A program made the position numbers and the translations under genes. Below, piece by piece: positions 23,731 through 37,461 of a stretch of 64,000 nt of DNA. This DNA comes from Squalus acanthias (lineage: Eukaryota). Under the pieces are notes generated by a model. The model was not told the origin of the DNA, did not search any database, and saw only the letters and a list, made by a program, of their open reading frames with translations. The stretch covers positions 116,934,001 through 116,998,000 of the forward strand of contig CM059431.1 of the NCBI GenBank assembly GCA_030390025.1, read 5' to 3'. The first letter of the stretch is position 1. The number at the start of each line of letters is the position of its first letter.

Positions 23731-25668
23731 ATGACTGCTGCAAGAGCTAAGGCCTCTCCCCGCTTTGATGACGACTCCCTCCATGCTCTTGTGGAGGGAG
23801 TGAGAGGGCACCAGGAGGTACTCTTCCCCTCATCCGGATGGAGGGAGCCTCCTCAGCAAAGCAAAGCAGCCTGGCTGCAAATTGCTGAGGAGGTGAGCTC
23901 CAGATCATTGTGTGCTCGCTCCTGGGTCCAGTGCAGAAAAAGGTGTTGCTACATTCAGCAAAAGTTAGTATAATATCACACTTACCTTCAATCTGCTCCC
24001 CATCTCCTCTCATCACCAGCACTCTGCATTGTCAACCTACTCCTGCACATCCCACTTGACCCTTACATCTCTTGCACCCTTAACCATCCCTCTCTCTCTA
24101 TGCACAGAATCACTTCACCATTCTACGATGCAGCCCTCACACTCGCTATCACTGTTATGCAATGACAACTAACAACGCACAGGGAGGGCCCTTGGTATTG
24201 GCACCTCACTCCATCTTTGTCTCTTTCTAAGCATCTATGCTATGGATTCTCTACACTCACTCCAACATTCTCACTCCAACTCCACTTGTGTTCCTCATTG
24301 CAGGAAAAGAGATCCCACAATAAGAGGGAGAGGGCCAGGACAAGAGGAGGGCCACCTTCCATTGCCCAGCTGACCACCGCTGAGGAGGCTGCTCTGGAGA
24401 TCATAGGAGGTGCTGAGGATCTGGAAGTGGGGGATGGTCAGACAGGCACAGTAGAGCAAGCTGGTGACAGAATAGATTTGCAGCCATCTCATTTAGATTG
24501 CATGAGTGACTGATATGAGATCTGAGGCTCATACAGATTGAGTTCTGATCATCTGCACAATTCGATGTGCATGCTACGTTAATATCACATGTCTAACTCA
24601 TGCCTTTAATCCCCCACAGGACCATCGAGAGCCCCCCTCCCCACTGTCCAGGAGGAAGAGCCGGAAGACTCCTCAGAGGAAGCTGCAACCTCTGAGGGTG
24701 CAGCATCAGCAGAATTAAGTGCACCCAGCACCAGCGCTGATACACACACCTCGGTGGGTCCTTTGCGAGATAGAGTCGTATTGTCAGCTCGTGTATCACA
24801 GCTCACAAGTGAGCATCAGCAGATGGTGGAGACAGGGACAGCAGTGGAGAGTCCTCGTCGGAGGCCGCAGGGCGCTCCTAGCTCTGCTCAGCCTCTGGGG
24901 CCATCCAGAAAGAGAGCGGTGCTGGAACTCCAGGAACAAGTGCAGAAGTCCCTGGCAGGTTTTGCATCCAGGGTAACTGCAAGTGTACAGAGGATGGAGG
25001 AGTCCATGTCTAACATGAGCACTGCCTTTGTGGAGGCAATGGCTCATGAACGCACCACCATGGATAGGATGGCAACCTCCGTGGAAATGATGGCTACGGT
25101 CATGGAGGAAATAATTCGCCAGAGTCAGGAAAACATGGTGAATGTTCAGAATAGATTGACATCTCTGGAGAAGCGATGGGCAGCTATTGAGCAGAGAGAC
25201 CAGAGCTTCATGGATGTTCTTTTGAGGAGGACTGCCAGTGCAGATACGGGTCCTCATGGCCCCACTGATGTGCAGCAAGGTGCTGTCCAGCCACTTGCTA
25301 GCACTGAAGTGCGGCTGACCCATGAGAGGGATGTTGGTGGCAGGCAACAAGGAAGTGTGGGCTCCTCTCCAAGCGCTCACACAACCATGCAACTGTGGAG
25401 CCCTCAGTCAGAGCCCCACCAGAGTCCTCACCCAACTAAGATGGCCTTCTCAGCCCCTGCACAGCCGCAGGAGGAGCAGACTGTTGCCGAGCCCTCCCAG
25501 GCTCACAAACCCAGAGGCCAAAGATGTCGAAGCAGGAGCAGCATGAAAGTGAGCAAGGTGCCTCCACATCTGCTGAAGCCACAGGGGAAGCACCACGTAG
25601 AAGCACACATAAGAGAAAGATTAAGCACCTCTAGTCACAAGGGTAGTCACTTGGGTGTTTTGATGTAA
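23731..25668 (+). pseudogene. Harbinger Myb/SANT gene, exons 23731-23963, 24304-24463, 24620-25668; frameshift at end of exon 1
   Basis: RFDDDSLHALVEGV..AWLQIAEEV..RSWVQCRKR; exon 2 EKRSHNKRERARTRGGPP; GT-AG sites. Confidence 0.75.
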
Positions 25669-25895
25669 TACATCTTTAATATAATCATTGCCATTTCAAT
25701 TGCAATGAAGAAATGCGATGGCAAACATTCAAAGAGTTGGCCTATATGTGCCCAGAAATGGAAGTGTCACAGTGAGGTGTCATGGTGTCTTTCATCTGTA
25801 ATGATGGTGGTGAGAGTGATAGGAACCCACACTTTATTGTACATTCTATATGGTGTGTTAAGAAGGTGGTAGCCACATGTGTTTGCTTCATAAAA

Positions 25896-27110
25896 TTAAG
25901 CGAATCTGGCATAGATTAGTGCATCCCTTGCATCACGGGCAGCAATGTGCTCGCGTGCTGGTGGAACTGGCGCATCCGCCTCCGCAAGATCTTCTTCCTC
26001 CTCTGAGGAGGAGGAGGCTGTGCGCTGAGCCACTTGTTACTCTGGCAGTGGTAAGCCACGCTGCAGTGCGATGTTGTGCAGTGCACAGAAGACCACGATG
26101 ATTCTGGAGACCCTGGCTGCCGAGTACTGTAGGGCTCCAGCTGATCTGTCGAGGCATCTGAATCGCATTTTGAGCAAGCTGATGGTTTGCTCAATGATGC
26201 TTCTGGTGGAAATGTGGCTGGCATTGTAGCGCTCCTCAGCTTTGTTTGATGGCCTCCTCAACGGCGTCATTAGCCACGTCTTCAGGGGATAGCCTTTGTC
26301 TCCAAGTAGCCATCCGGAAAGTTGGGTTGGTGGATTGAAGAGCGGAGGGACAGTAGGCTGCCACAGGATGAATGAGTCATGGCAACTGCCAGGGTACTTT
26401 GCGCAAACATGCATAATGTCCTTCCTGTGGTTACACACCAGCTGGACGTTAAGGCAGTGGAAGCCCTTGCGGTTGACAAATACAGCTGGGTTGTGATGGG
26501 GTGCCCTAATGGCCACATGTGTGCAGCCTACGACACCCTGCACCCTTGGCAAGCCTGCCATATTTGCAAAGCCAACCGCACGCGCGGTTACACTTGCTTC
26601 ATCCGTGGAGAAGTGGATTTAATTGTGCGCCTTTGCAAAGAGGCCATCGGTAACCTGCGTGATGCAAGTGTGTGCGGCCGACTGGGAGATGCCGCTGATA
26701 TCTGCAGATGATCACTAGAAGGACCCTGAAGCAAAAAATTTGAGGGCGGTGGTGACTTTGAAAACCACTGGTAAGTGGTGTTCACCCGCTGCTCTGGGCT
26801 CCAGGTGTTGGTGCAGCATTGCGCAGATGTCAGCGACTACCTTTCGCGAAAGTCTCAGCCTTCTTTGGCACTGCTGCTCACTCATGTTGAGGAAGCTCAT
26901 CCTCTGCCTGTAAACCCTGTGTTGGGGGTATCTCCTGCGGCGTGGTGCAGCCCTGCGCTGACTCCCTCTACCCTGTGCAGCATCAGGTGGGTGAGGAGGA
27001 GGTTGGCGCTCCTGTTGTTGCTGCTGCTGTTGTGCCTGGTTCTGCTGCTGCCACAGCTGCTCTTCCTCCGAATCTGAGGACCAGGATGACAGGGTATAAA
27101 TGGTTCTCAT
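25896..27110 (-). pseudogene. Harbinger transposase, frameshifted, first catalytic Asp changed
   Basis: GVVGCTHV (D to G), [47 protein letters not shown] split across several frames. Confidence 0.88.
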
Positions 27111-27731
27111 GCTGCTGGTATATATCTCAGTTGAGGACTAAGTGCTCAGTCAATGTGGCCAGAGTGTTTTCCCAGGAGGTCACAGTGCATATGGATCTCA
27201 GCTTCACCACTTATAAGCTCAATAGACCTGCAAAAAGTGTTCCAAAACCTCAAAAAACAAAGTTCTGTCATCTGTAAGTCAGCCTTGTTAGAGCTCCGTT
27301 TTTATGCTGGAGCTGCAGCTGTCAAGAAGTCAGGCACTTGCTGAACCCGACACAATCAGCTGGCGTGGTTTGGGAACGGCGTTGAACACGCTGAAAATGT
27401 AATAAAATTGAAATACCCTGTTAAAATCGGCTTATCCAAACAGTTAACAAGCTGTTAACTGCCTTAAGTGCCTCTCCCTGTCTCTTTGTGGCGGGACCGA
27501 TCAGGACTCCCAGAGCCGGTAAAGTTGCGCGGAGGCGGGTTGATGGCGGGATCGCAACCCGCCTTCAATCAAAAAGATTTTAACCTCAGACCCATCTCCA
27601 AACCCACCCTCTGCGTGCCAGCAATATCGCGGCCATAGTCTGCCAAGGCTAATTACCCTTTATTTACCTGAAGAACATAAGTTAAAATCCAGATTTCACA
27701 GCCTGTTTCAATCCTACATTCAGTATTATTC

Positions 27732-27978
27732 ATTTGTCATTTAATCTCTCCTTCCTTCCACTCTATCACAGACCTTCCCTTTTGTTCTTTCCTCCCCTCC
27801 CGCCCATTCCCTGCTTCTGCTTTTGCTTAAAACTTGTTATATCACTAACTTTTTCCAATTCGACCTGAAACGTTAACTCTGTTTCTCTCACCACAGATGC
27901 TGCCTGACCTGCTGAGTATTTCCAGTATTTTCTGTTTTTATTTCAGATTTCCAGCATCCGCAGTATTTTGCTTTTGTA
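27732..27978 (+). mobile_element. Short Penelope-type 3' fragment with the hammerhead core deleted
   Basis: gacctgaaacgttaactctgtttctct..gatgctgcctgacctgctgag as in 3253-3350; TSD cagtattattc at 27721-27731 and 27979-27989. Confidence 0.7.
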
Positions 27979-29419
27979 CAGTATTATTCTCACTGATTTT
28001 ACACTAATTACCCATTGACATGAATTTTTTCCCTTTTACTGGATTTATTTCAGCAATTTCAATACAATGTCATGTTAATGGCATAAATGATGAAAGGTGA
28101 TCGAACCATGCAATGATTTAAAAAAATCAATGTCTTTATGGGGTGGGGGCAGGGGTGCCTCAGACATGGCTGCATTGAAAAGAGATTCAGGGTTTGGTGG
28201 GATTGGTAGGTCTGGGGTGGGTTTTGAGATATGGTAGAATTGTCAAAGGGGTCCCAGGATATGGTAATACTGGGGAAAATGTTGAGGTATGGCAGAATTA
28301 GGGAGGGGAGTGTCAGAATAAGGAGACAAAAATTCTAAAAGCCTTTGGAAAGGTTCAGAAGACATCTGAACCCAATCGTGGCCTTTGTCAAGGCTGAACG
28401 GTGAGGCGACTAAGAAGTGACTGGCACAAATTAAGGGACAGGAAACCCAAGGTGTAGGCATAAGCTTGCTGAAGTGGACATGGTACTGATCTTGATGATT
28501 TAGGAGGAAGGTGCCACTCCATAACACCGTCCACATAGGTCAGTATTGGAGTATTCCTGCAAGGAGGTGAAGCCAAGTTACAGGCCATAGTTGACCATTC
28601 CTGTCACTGATGTGCCAGCTATATGTTGCATGGTAGTTGCTGTTGTCCTTGCAGTGGGTGACACAGCTCTGCATCTAGCTCTCTGCTGATCCTTCCTTTG
28701 TGTAGACAGGTCTCTACAATCATTGCCTTGTAGATGTGCAAGGGCCAATTAAAGTACCCTGGGTCTTGATCACCTTGGCAGGTCTTCTTTTATGTAGATC
28801 ACTGAGAGCAAGAAGCACTGTGACTGAGGTGCTTCCGATGAAGAGTCAGACAGTCCCATGTGTTAATTGTGCTGTCGGGTCTGCTATCCTAACTTCCTTT
28901 AGCAACAGCAACTTCTGCACGCACTAATTGTCTGTTGAAGGGAGATCTGACTGCCTCTGTCTGGAGATGCAGGAGTAAGGGTCCTGGAAAGTGAGCACAG
29001 AGCATTTCCCATTCAGTCTGACCTGCCTGACATCCTATGTAGGACCTATTCTTCTTCCAAACGCATCAGGTTGGGAGATTCCTATCGGCGTGGCGTGGAC
29101 TCCAAGTGATTAGTAACCATCTTTGTTGGAATTATTAAAGGAGTGAACTGTGAGTTTCAAAAGAATGAGAAGGAACGCTTTGAGTGTAACCAGAATGCTT
29201 TCACTATTTAACTAGTGATCAGTATTATCTTTGAAAATTTTATGGATCATTGGTCTGTTGATTTATTATATGCGATTGTTTAATGATGTGTTTAATTGTA
29301 ACACTCTATCCTTGTGAGTCTGTAATGTAATACAGCTATCTCTCAACAGGACCCTTTAATAATGACCATCAGAGCGCAAAGAAGTTTATGCTGTAAAATA
29401 TCTTGGATAAATGGCACTT

Positions 29420-30605
29420 ACATTACATAGGATTACATGGGATATACAGCAGAGAAACAGGCCATTAGGCCCAACCAGTCCATGACGGTGTTTATGCTCC
29501 ACTCGAGCCTCCTCCCGTCTTTCCTCATCTAACTCTATCGGTGTAACCCTGTATTCTCTTCTCCCTCATATGCTTGTCCAGCCTCCCCTTAAATGCATCT
29601 ATACTATTCGCTTCAACCACTCCCTGTGGTAGCGAGTTCCACATTCTCACCACTCTTTGTGTAAAGAAGTTTCTTCTGAATTCCCTTTTGGATTTCTTGG
29701 TGACTTCTAGTTTTGCTCTTCTCCACAAGTGGAAATATTCTCTCTGTATCCACTCTATCAAAAACTCTCATAAGTTTAAAGACCTCTATTAGGTCACCCC
29801 TCAGCCTTATTTTTTCAAGAGAAAAGAGACGCAGCCTGTTCATCCTTTCCTGATCTGATATCATCCTTGTAAATCTTCTCTGCACCCTCTTCAGTGCTTC
29901 TATATCCTTTTAATAATATGGCGACCAGAATTGTACGCAGTACTCTAAGTGTGGTCTAACCAAGGTTCAATACAAGTTTACATAACTTCACTACTTTTTA
30001 ATTCTATCCCTCTAGAAATAAACCCTAGTGCTTGGTTTGCTTTTTTTTATGGCCTTGCTAACCTGTGGCGCAACTTTCAGTCATTTCTGTATTTGTACTC
30101 CGAGATCCCTTTGTTCCTCTGCCCCACCTAGACTCGCACCCTCCAAGTGATAAGTAACCGCCCTATGCTTCCTACCAAAATGTAATACCTCACATTTATC
30201 TGTGTTGAACTTCATTTGCCAATTATTTGCCCATTCTGCAAGTTTATTAATGTCCTCCTGTAATTTGTTGCAGTCCTCCTCAGTATTGACTACCCCCCCC
30301 AATTTGGTATCATCCACAAATTTAGAAATTGTGTTTTTAATTCCAAAGTCTAAATCGCTAACATAAATTGTGAACAGCAGTGGTCCCAGCACTGATCCTT
30401 GTGGAACACCACTACCCACCTTCTGCCACAGTGAATAGCTACCCTTTACTCCCACTCTCTGCTTTCTGTCTTAAAGCCAGCTAGCAATCCATTCTGTTAC
30501 TTGTCCCCTGATTCCACATTCCCTGACCTTGTTCAGAAGTCTATTATGGGGTACCTTATCGAAGGCCTTTTGAAAATCTAGATAAATTACATCTACTCCA
30601 TTAAC
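29420..30605 (-). mobile_element. 5'-truncated CR1 LINE, decayed
   Basis: [48 protein letters not shown]. Confidence 0.9.
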
Positions 30606-30694
30606 CTGGGGACTTAGAAGAAAATAGCATATTTTTGTTCAATAAAGATCATATAAACATCAAATAATCTTCTGCTGTTCCACGAAAGTAATCC

Positions 30695-31070
30695 AGCGCA
30701 GTACTGAGGGAGTGCTGCATTGTCGGAGGTGCCGTCTTTCGGATGAGACGTTAAACCGAGGCCCCATCTGCTCTCTCAGGTGGACGTAAAAGATCCCATG
30801 GCACTATTTTGAAGAAGCGCAGGGGAGTTATCCCCGGTGTCCTGGCCAATATTTATCCCTCAATCAACATCACCAAAAAAGCTGATGATCTGGTCAAGAT
30901 CACATTGCTGTTTGTGGGAGCTTGCTGGGCATAAATTGGCTGCCGCGTTTCCTACATTGCAACAGTGACTACGCATCAAAAGTACTTAATTGGCTGTAAA
31001 GCGCTTTGGGACAGCTTGAGATTGTGAAAGACGCTATACAAATGCAAGGCTTTCTTTCTTTCTTCTTCCT
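30695..31070 (+). mobile_element. Deu-domain SINE lacking its head
   Basis: cagtactgagggagtgctgca...cgctatacaaatgcaaggctttctttc. Confidence 0.85.
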
Positions 31071-32864
31071 CTGGATGACAACACAAAGGGCACAGAAAAT
31101 TAAATGGAATGTAAAAGGTACAGCTGAGAGAAGCTATTAATCTGAGATGAAAAGTCTGCATTACTGTCAACCCCTATAATAGTATATATCTGCCAAGCCA
31201 GGAAGGAGACAGCAAGAGCCACACACCATCATGTTGCTCTCACATGAGCTACATTGCCAAACAAACTGACATAATCCTGTCTGCAGGAAACTTGAATAGA
31301 TTTTAGCCAACATTTATGTCTGTAAATGTTGGTGGCATGAATAAACTGCACAAGAGTGTATGCCACATTTAACATGGCAGCATTTTACTTGCTGAAATCT
31401 AATTTTGATGTGAAAAAAATCCAAATTTCAGTATTTTAAGTGTGGGAAAGTAGAGTACAGCAGCTTTGCCACATTATTGCCAAAGTCTAACTACAGTCAC
31501 AGGATCTGATGCACTTTAAATGACTCTCTTTATAATGGCAGCACAACTAATTTAACTGATGGCATCAGTAAATCTTCATTTATGTGGTACAAAAGGAAAA
31601 CACAATGGCCTGTATTTTACTTCTACCCTCTTGGTCTACACTGGGAGAGCATATTGAGAAACTCCGCACTCCATTAAAATTAATGCTCACAAAATCACAG
31701 GCTGTGGAGCTCAAGTTCTTGATATTCGCTCCTTGCCTGCGCTAGGAATATTGGAGTGGAATATCAGCACACAAACTGCAAATCATACTCAGCTTTCTCA
31801 AGACATAAGCATCTATTGTGGTAATTATTGACAATAAAACCTCCATATTACAAATTTCAGGGCTGATTTTAACCCTGCTGGCCAGGCCAAAACTGGGCGG
31901 GCAGGTGGGCAGCTAAAATGGTGTGTAGGACTTATCCACACCAATCCTGCTGCCTTCCCACTGATTCCGAGCTTAACCTGCTCTTCTGAGCAGACAAGAA
32001 GGACACCCGCCATGAATGTGCACATAACTGACCCTTAATTAGCTGAAAAGTGGCTTCATACTGGGTCTGTGCACTATCTTGCCTTACTGCAGATTATTCC
32101 CGGACAAAATTGAGCTAGTTTTTCTGTTAATGCTGATGCATCAAATTACTACACACTTAGCTCTAACACATAGTAGGACTTCACTCTCTAACTATGTTAA
32201 ATAGTTGCTACTTGAGGTGCCATACCATACCCTGCAAACGACTGATGCAGTCAGAAGCTCTCATCTTCCTCTGAGCACGTCGATTATGCTGTAGCCTTTT
32301 AATGATGCATAGAAGAATGTGAACACAAAAGGCAGATGAAAATGCATGGGCGCATTACAAGAATGAACCATTTCCAGCCTAGATTGATGAAATTGTGTTT
32401 TGCAACTAACCTCCTGCCCTTGCCAGAAAAGGCTTCCATTGAAGTGAATAGTTTCCTGCCGATAATGATTTCCTTGATAGTGAAAGGATGTTCTGGGAAT
32501 AACGACGAACTGAGTTTGAACTTTTACTTCTAGGACATGAGTTTCTTGAAAGTCACTGCTCACTGATTGGTAGAAGAATTCAGCAGTCTCATTTCAGTTT
32601 CCAGTTCATGTACTCTAGATTTTCCACTTGGGTAAAAACCCAAATGCCCCTTTAGTGTGCAGCAAAAATTAACTTGGTTGACCCATCTACAGTTTCCAGA
32701 GTCAACCTAATTTCAATAATGGGTTAGGATAGGGTTGGGTAGGAACTTGCGTACTTGATTTAAAGGCCCATAGCCGGTTTAAAAAAGCCAGTGCAGAAGA
32801 AAATCGTGAAGAAACCAGTTCACCACTTTGGCTTGGCAAGCAAGGTCTGTTAAGTCTGCTGGAG

Positions 32865-33050
32865 GACTGAGGGCCCATAGATTTGCTGATGCTATAGCTG
32901 ACGTGTTTCTCTCAGAGGCTGGACAGCAGAGGGACAACCTGTTTGGATGAGATCAGTAAAAGAATCTGGCCAGGGCAGTGAGTGCCAAAACTATGACCCA
33001 TGCATAACAACTCAATGCAGAAAACAATAATGACCTTACTAGTCCTGCCA
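32865..33050 (+). pseudogene. Very decayed Harbinger Myb/SANT exon 1
   Basis: agggcccatagatttgctgat (RAHRFAD) ... caatgcagaaaacaataatgaccttact (QCRK.NDLT). Confidence 0.45.
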
Positions 33051-33052
33051 AG

Positions 33053-33805
33053 ATAGAAGCATAGAAGCATAGAAGATAGGAGCAGCAGTAGGCTATTCGG
33101 CCCCTCGAGCCTGCTCCGCCATTCAATGAGATCATGGCTGATCAGCCAAATTCAGTACCCTGTCCCTGCTTTCTCCCCATATCCCTTGATCCCTTTAGCC
33201 TTAAGAAATATATCTATCTCCTTCTTGAATATATTTAATGAATTGGCCTCAACTGCCTTCTGTGGTAGAGAATTCCACAGGTTCACCACTCTCTGGGTGA
33301 AGAAATTCCTCCTCATCCCAGTCCTAAATGGCTTACCCCTTATCCTTAGACTGTGACCTCTGGTTCTGGACTCCCCCGCCATCGAGAACATCCTTCCTGC
33401 ATCTAGTCTGTCTAGTCCTGTTAGAATTTTATAAGTTTCAATGAGATCCCCTCTCATTCTTCGAAACTCTAGCGAATATAAGCCTAATCGACCCAATCTC
33501 TCTTCATACATCATTCTTGCATCCCAGGTATCAGTCTGGTAAATCTTCGCTGCACTCCCTCCATGGCAAGAACATCCTTCCTCAGATAAGGCGACCAAAA
33601 CTGCACACAATACTCAAGGTGTGGTCTCACCAAGGCCTTGTACAACTGCAGCAAGACATCCTTGCTCCTGTACTTGAGTCCTCTCGCTATGAAGGCCAAC
33701 ATACCATTTGCCTTCTTAACTGCCTGCTGCATCTGCATGCTTACCTTCAGCGACTGGTGCACAAGGACTCCCAGATCTCGTTGCACTTCCCCTTCTCCCA
33801 ATCTA
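33053..33805 (-). mobile_element. 5'-truncated CR1 LINE
   Basis: QRDLGVLVHQSLK, LVRPHLEYCVQFWSPY, RRMRGDLIETYKI; (catagaag)n tail. Confidence 0.9.
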
Positions 33806-33900
33806 TTGATAAGAGATAAGAGATAAGAGAAGCCAGACACGCCTTCCAAGAATATATTGCGCTAAGCATGTCTAACCCTCACAATGACCTCTCCTCACAT

Positions 33901-34666
33901 TGGCCCGTAATTTCAGATAGGAGGCTTCCTCTGTGCGGATGACTCCTATCGGGGAAAAAATCTGTGCACTTACCTGAGGGCTCCCGAGATCCGGACACTT
34001 CCGCTCCTGGGCCTCTCCACAGTCGAAATGCGCAGGGCCCACGTATCCCAGGGGCGCATGCGATTCGCAAGCGTCCCTGGGATCACGTGGGCCAGGCCAG
34101 CCAATAGGAGAAGGGAATCCCCCTTCATACTTTTGACAGATAGACCTGTCAAAAGTATGAATGGAGATCACCCCAAAAAGACAATAAAACATTAAATAAA
34201 TTTAAAAAAACATCACTTTTTTAAAATGAGTTAAAATTACATTAAATTAAATATTTTAAACAAAAATTTAAATTTTTGAAGAAAATAATTAAAGTTTTTT
34301 TACAGGACTAAAAATAAACTTACCTTTTTTAAAAGTATTTTAAAATTATAAATGAGTGAAACAAAATTTTTTTTTAAACTTTTTTTAAACTCTTATGCTG
34401 GTAAAAGCAGGCCTTATGCCTGCTTTTACCAGGCGTAGGATTTTTAAAGGTTTTCAGCGGACGGAGGTTCTGCAGAAAGCGGAACTCTCCACCCGCAGAG
34501 GCCCTTCTCCAGGGCAGGCGGAGGATCTGTCAAGAGGATTCTTGACAGATGGGAAATGCCGGTTTTCAGCGCATGCGCTTCGCATGTCTGAAACCGCCAT
34601 TTCCGATGTCCCTAAGGGTGTGTACACAGCGCGTTCACACCCGTAGGGATCAGAAAATATGGGCCA
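33901..34666. mobile_element. Hairpin-rich MITE with Harbinger-like termini
   Basis: Ends tggcccgtaattt / aaaatatgggcca; AT-rich core; internal inverted repeats. Confidence 0.7.
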
Positions 34667-37461
34667 ATGTGTTAAGGTTTATCATTGTTTGAATTGTTAT
34701 CATCAATGGCCTGGATGCACTTTACACTCTTAACCTTCACAGGGAAGTCTTCCTTCACTCACATCCTTAGATACAAACACCCCACTAAGTGCATCAGATG
34801 ATATACTTATGCAGCTGTCATAACCCCACTTTGTAATATGCTTGCTGACAATTGGGATTTTAGTGCATCCTGTAGCAAACAAAAGCCATTCTTACTTTTT
34901 GTATTATGTTTCAAAAAGAAGACAGACTACAAGAATAGAGAGAGATTAGCAAGAGGTGGTGGAGCACCAAAGCTTTTCTCTCAGACACCCCATGAGAAGG
35001 AAGCTCCAGGGAAGGTGGCCATATATTTACCCAACATACATGTTAGCTTATATAACAACAGTCACTGCACTTCATAAGTAATTTATTGTGTGTGAAATGC
35101 CTTGGAACAGTTCAAAGTGGTAAGGCTTGATATAAGAATTATTGGCCCTAATTATCCTTGTGAATCTGCCAGACTGCTGTCATATCTCTGGTGGGAGTTC
35201 AGCAGAACTCACCAGTAAAAGGCAAAGACATCGTTACTCTGGGTGTTCATGTCTGGCTTTTTAAGGGGAAGAACCTCTGCCCACCCCATACAAGGCCAAT
35301 GACGCCAAGGAGGTGGAATTAAGGGCGGGGATTTCCTGTGCCAGGAGTTCCTGCTCCCCGAGCTTATTGTAACACTGGCAGCCGGTACACCAAGTCAGAT
35401 GAAGCATACTAGCCTTCAGAAGGGTCCATGGGAGAGTAGCATCCTGGACCCCCAAAAACAGGTTTGGTGTTTTTTTTTTAAAGAAATGTGAATCAATCCC
35501 CTTATACCGGGCTGAGACGGGTCTCTGTGGGGTCTTGGAGAGGAACCCCTCCTGACAGAGGACAATCGCCAGATTTTCCAGCCATTTGAGACAGGTGGCC
35601 ACCAGAGTTGCACCCGTGGTCTTGCAGATTCTTTCTGCCCCATATCCTCCTACAAACACCACGCAGGATCAGCACTGGAGAGCGTGATGCTGGTGTAATG
35701 GAGTTTTGGACCTTTTTTTATTATTGCCTGATGCTTGTTCACCTGGTTTCCTTTGTAATTGCTTGTATTTTACCACGTCCTGGCTACTTTGATTATTTGA
35801 GCCTCTTATTTTTCTTTAGTTTCTTCATCACTCAGAGTCACCTGCCTCTCCAGCCTTTTATTTTAGTTCATTTTTTTTGTATGGCAACCTTGGCCAGTCT
35901 CTTGAGATGTTATGATTTCTTGTTCTTTACTCGCCACTCTCAGTATTCTCCTTGATGCGGTTCAGCTGTTTAACAAGTGCGGTAAATCCAAAGACCTTTG
36001 AGGAGCAGTATGTTGTCTTTTATCAGACCAAATATTACCTGCTGCTCACCCAGCGATTCATTCCCTCTCAGTTTTCCTATAATTAATTGTATGAATTTCA
36101 AACCAATATATCCTTCTATCCCACGTAACAATCTGTTTCAAATAAAATTATCCATCAGCGATATCTAACAACTTATGTTCCTTTGTGGTCATTGCTCAAT
36201 ATGCATCAGTGCCGTCTCAGAAAAAGTAATAAATGATCATGTCATACATATCACCATGCTCTTGCAATAAATGAATAAAATAATCACTTAATATGTTAAT
36301 CATTTCTTTCAAGTCTCGTCCTCACTTCATCCATTCATCATTAATCAGTACCTTTCCTTCCTTATCACTTTAGCACATAAATTAGGCTATAAATTAAAGA
36401 TGAATTTATCCTCCTCCACTTTCACCATCATACGTTGTCTTTGCTGTATTACATTCATCACCTTCTGGTCCCTGTCCCTTCTATGCCTTCTTCATTGAAG
36501 TTCTTAATTTTGAGGGTTCTTCTCAATCTATTTTTGGGTATTTTCTTGCTTGCATTTTTGAACTTGAGTTCTGTGCCTCTGATCTCTCACCAAATTGCCA
36601 CTCATACTGTTGGGTTCTGTCTTATATTCTAAGTTGCTACTCTCTACTTTTTGATATCCTTATTTACTCACTCCCAACTATATCAATCAACTATTTTTCT
36701 TCACCTAGTACCGTTCACCCATCACCCCTGTGCTCGCTGACCTACATTGGCTCCCGGTTAAGCAACACCTTGATTTCAAAATTCTCATCCTTGTTTTCAA
36801 ATCCCTCCATGGCCTCGCCCCTCCGTATCTCTGTAATCTCCTTCAGCCCCACAAGCCTCCAAGATATCCGCATTCCTCTAATTCTGTCCTCTTGAGCATC
36901 CCTGATTATAATCACTCAACCATTGGTGGCCGTGCCTTCTGTTGCCTAGGCCCTAAGCTCTGGAATTCCCTGCCTAAGCCTCTCCGCCACTCTACCTCAC
37001 TTTCCTCCTTTAAGACGCTCCTTAAAACCTACCTCTTTGATCAAACTTTTGGTCACCGGCCCTAATTTCTGCTTATGTGGCTCGATGTCAAATTTTTTGT
37101 CTTATAATACTCCTGTGAAGCGCCTTGGGACATTTTACTATGTTAAAGGCACTATATACAGGAAACTCTTTGGTATCCGGCACCGACGGGACCGGCGTGG
37201 TGCCGGTTGATCGAAAGTTCCGGATAACGGAGAGTTATATCTAGCGAGGCTATTTTTAACAAAGAAAAATAAAAAAATCAAGAAATGTGCAGTATACAGT
37301 ATTTGGGTACACACCTACAGAATGTTGTGTTAAATGGATGGTGGAAGATGCTTGATTAAGTACAGTACTGCCAGTTGAGGGTAAGCCATAACTCTTTAAT
37401 TACTTAACAGTAAAACAAAACTTATAAACGACTGTCTACAGTACTGTAGTTGACTGTACAC

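Larger units (their letters stand above)
23460..27635 (-). mobile_element. Full-length decayed Harbinger, second family
   Basis: Ends aggccgcaatttt / aatatcgcggcca; TSD tag (23457-23459, 27636-27638); two convergent genes. Confidence 0.88.

Noticed and set aside
32261..32563. 100-aa minus-strand ORF as a host exon
   Set aside because: No convincing acceptor, an upstream stop, and no recognisable domain.
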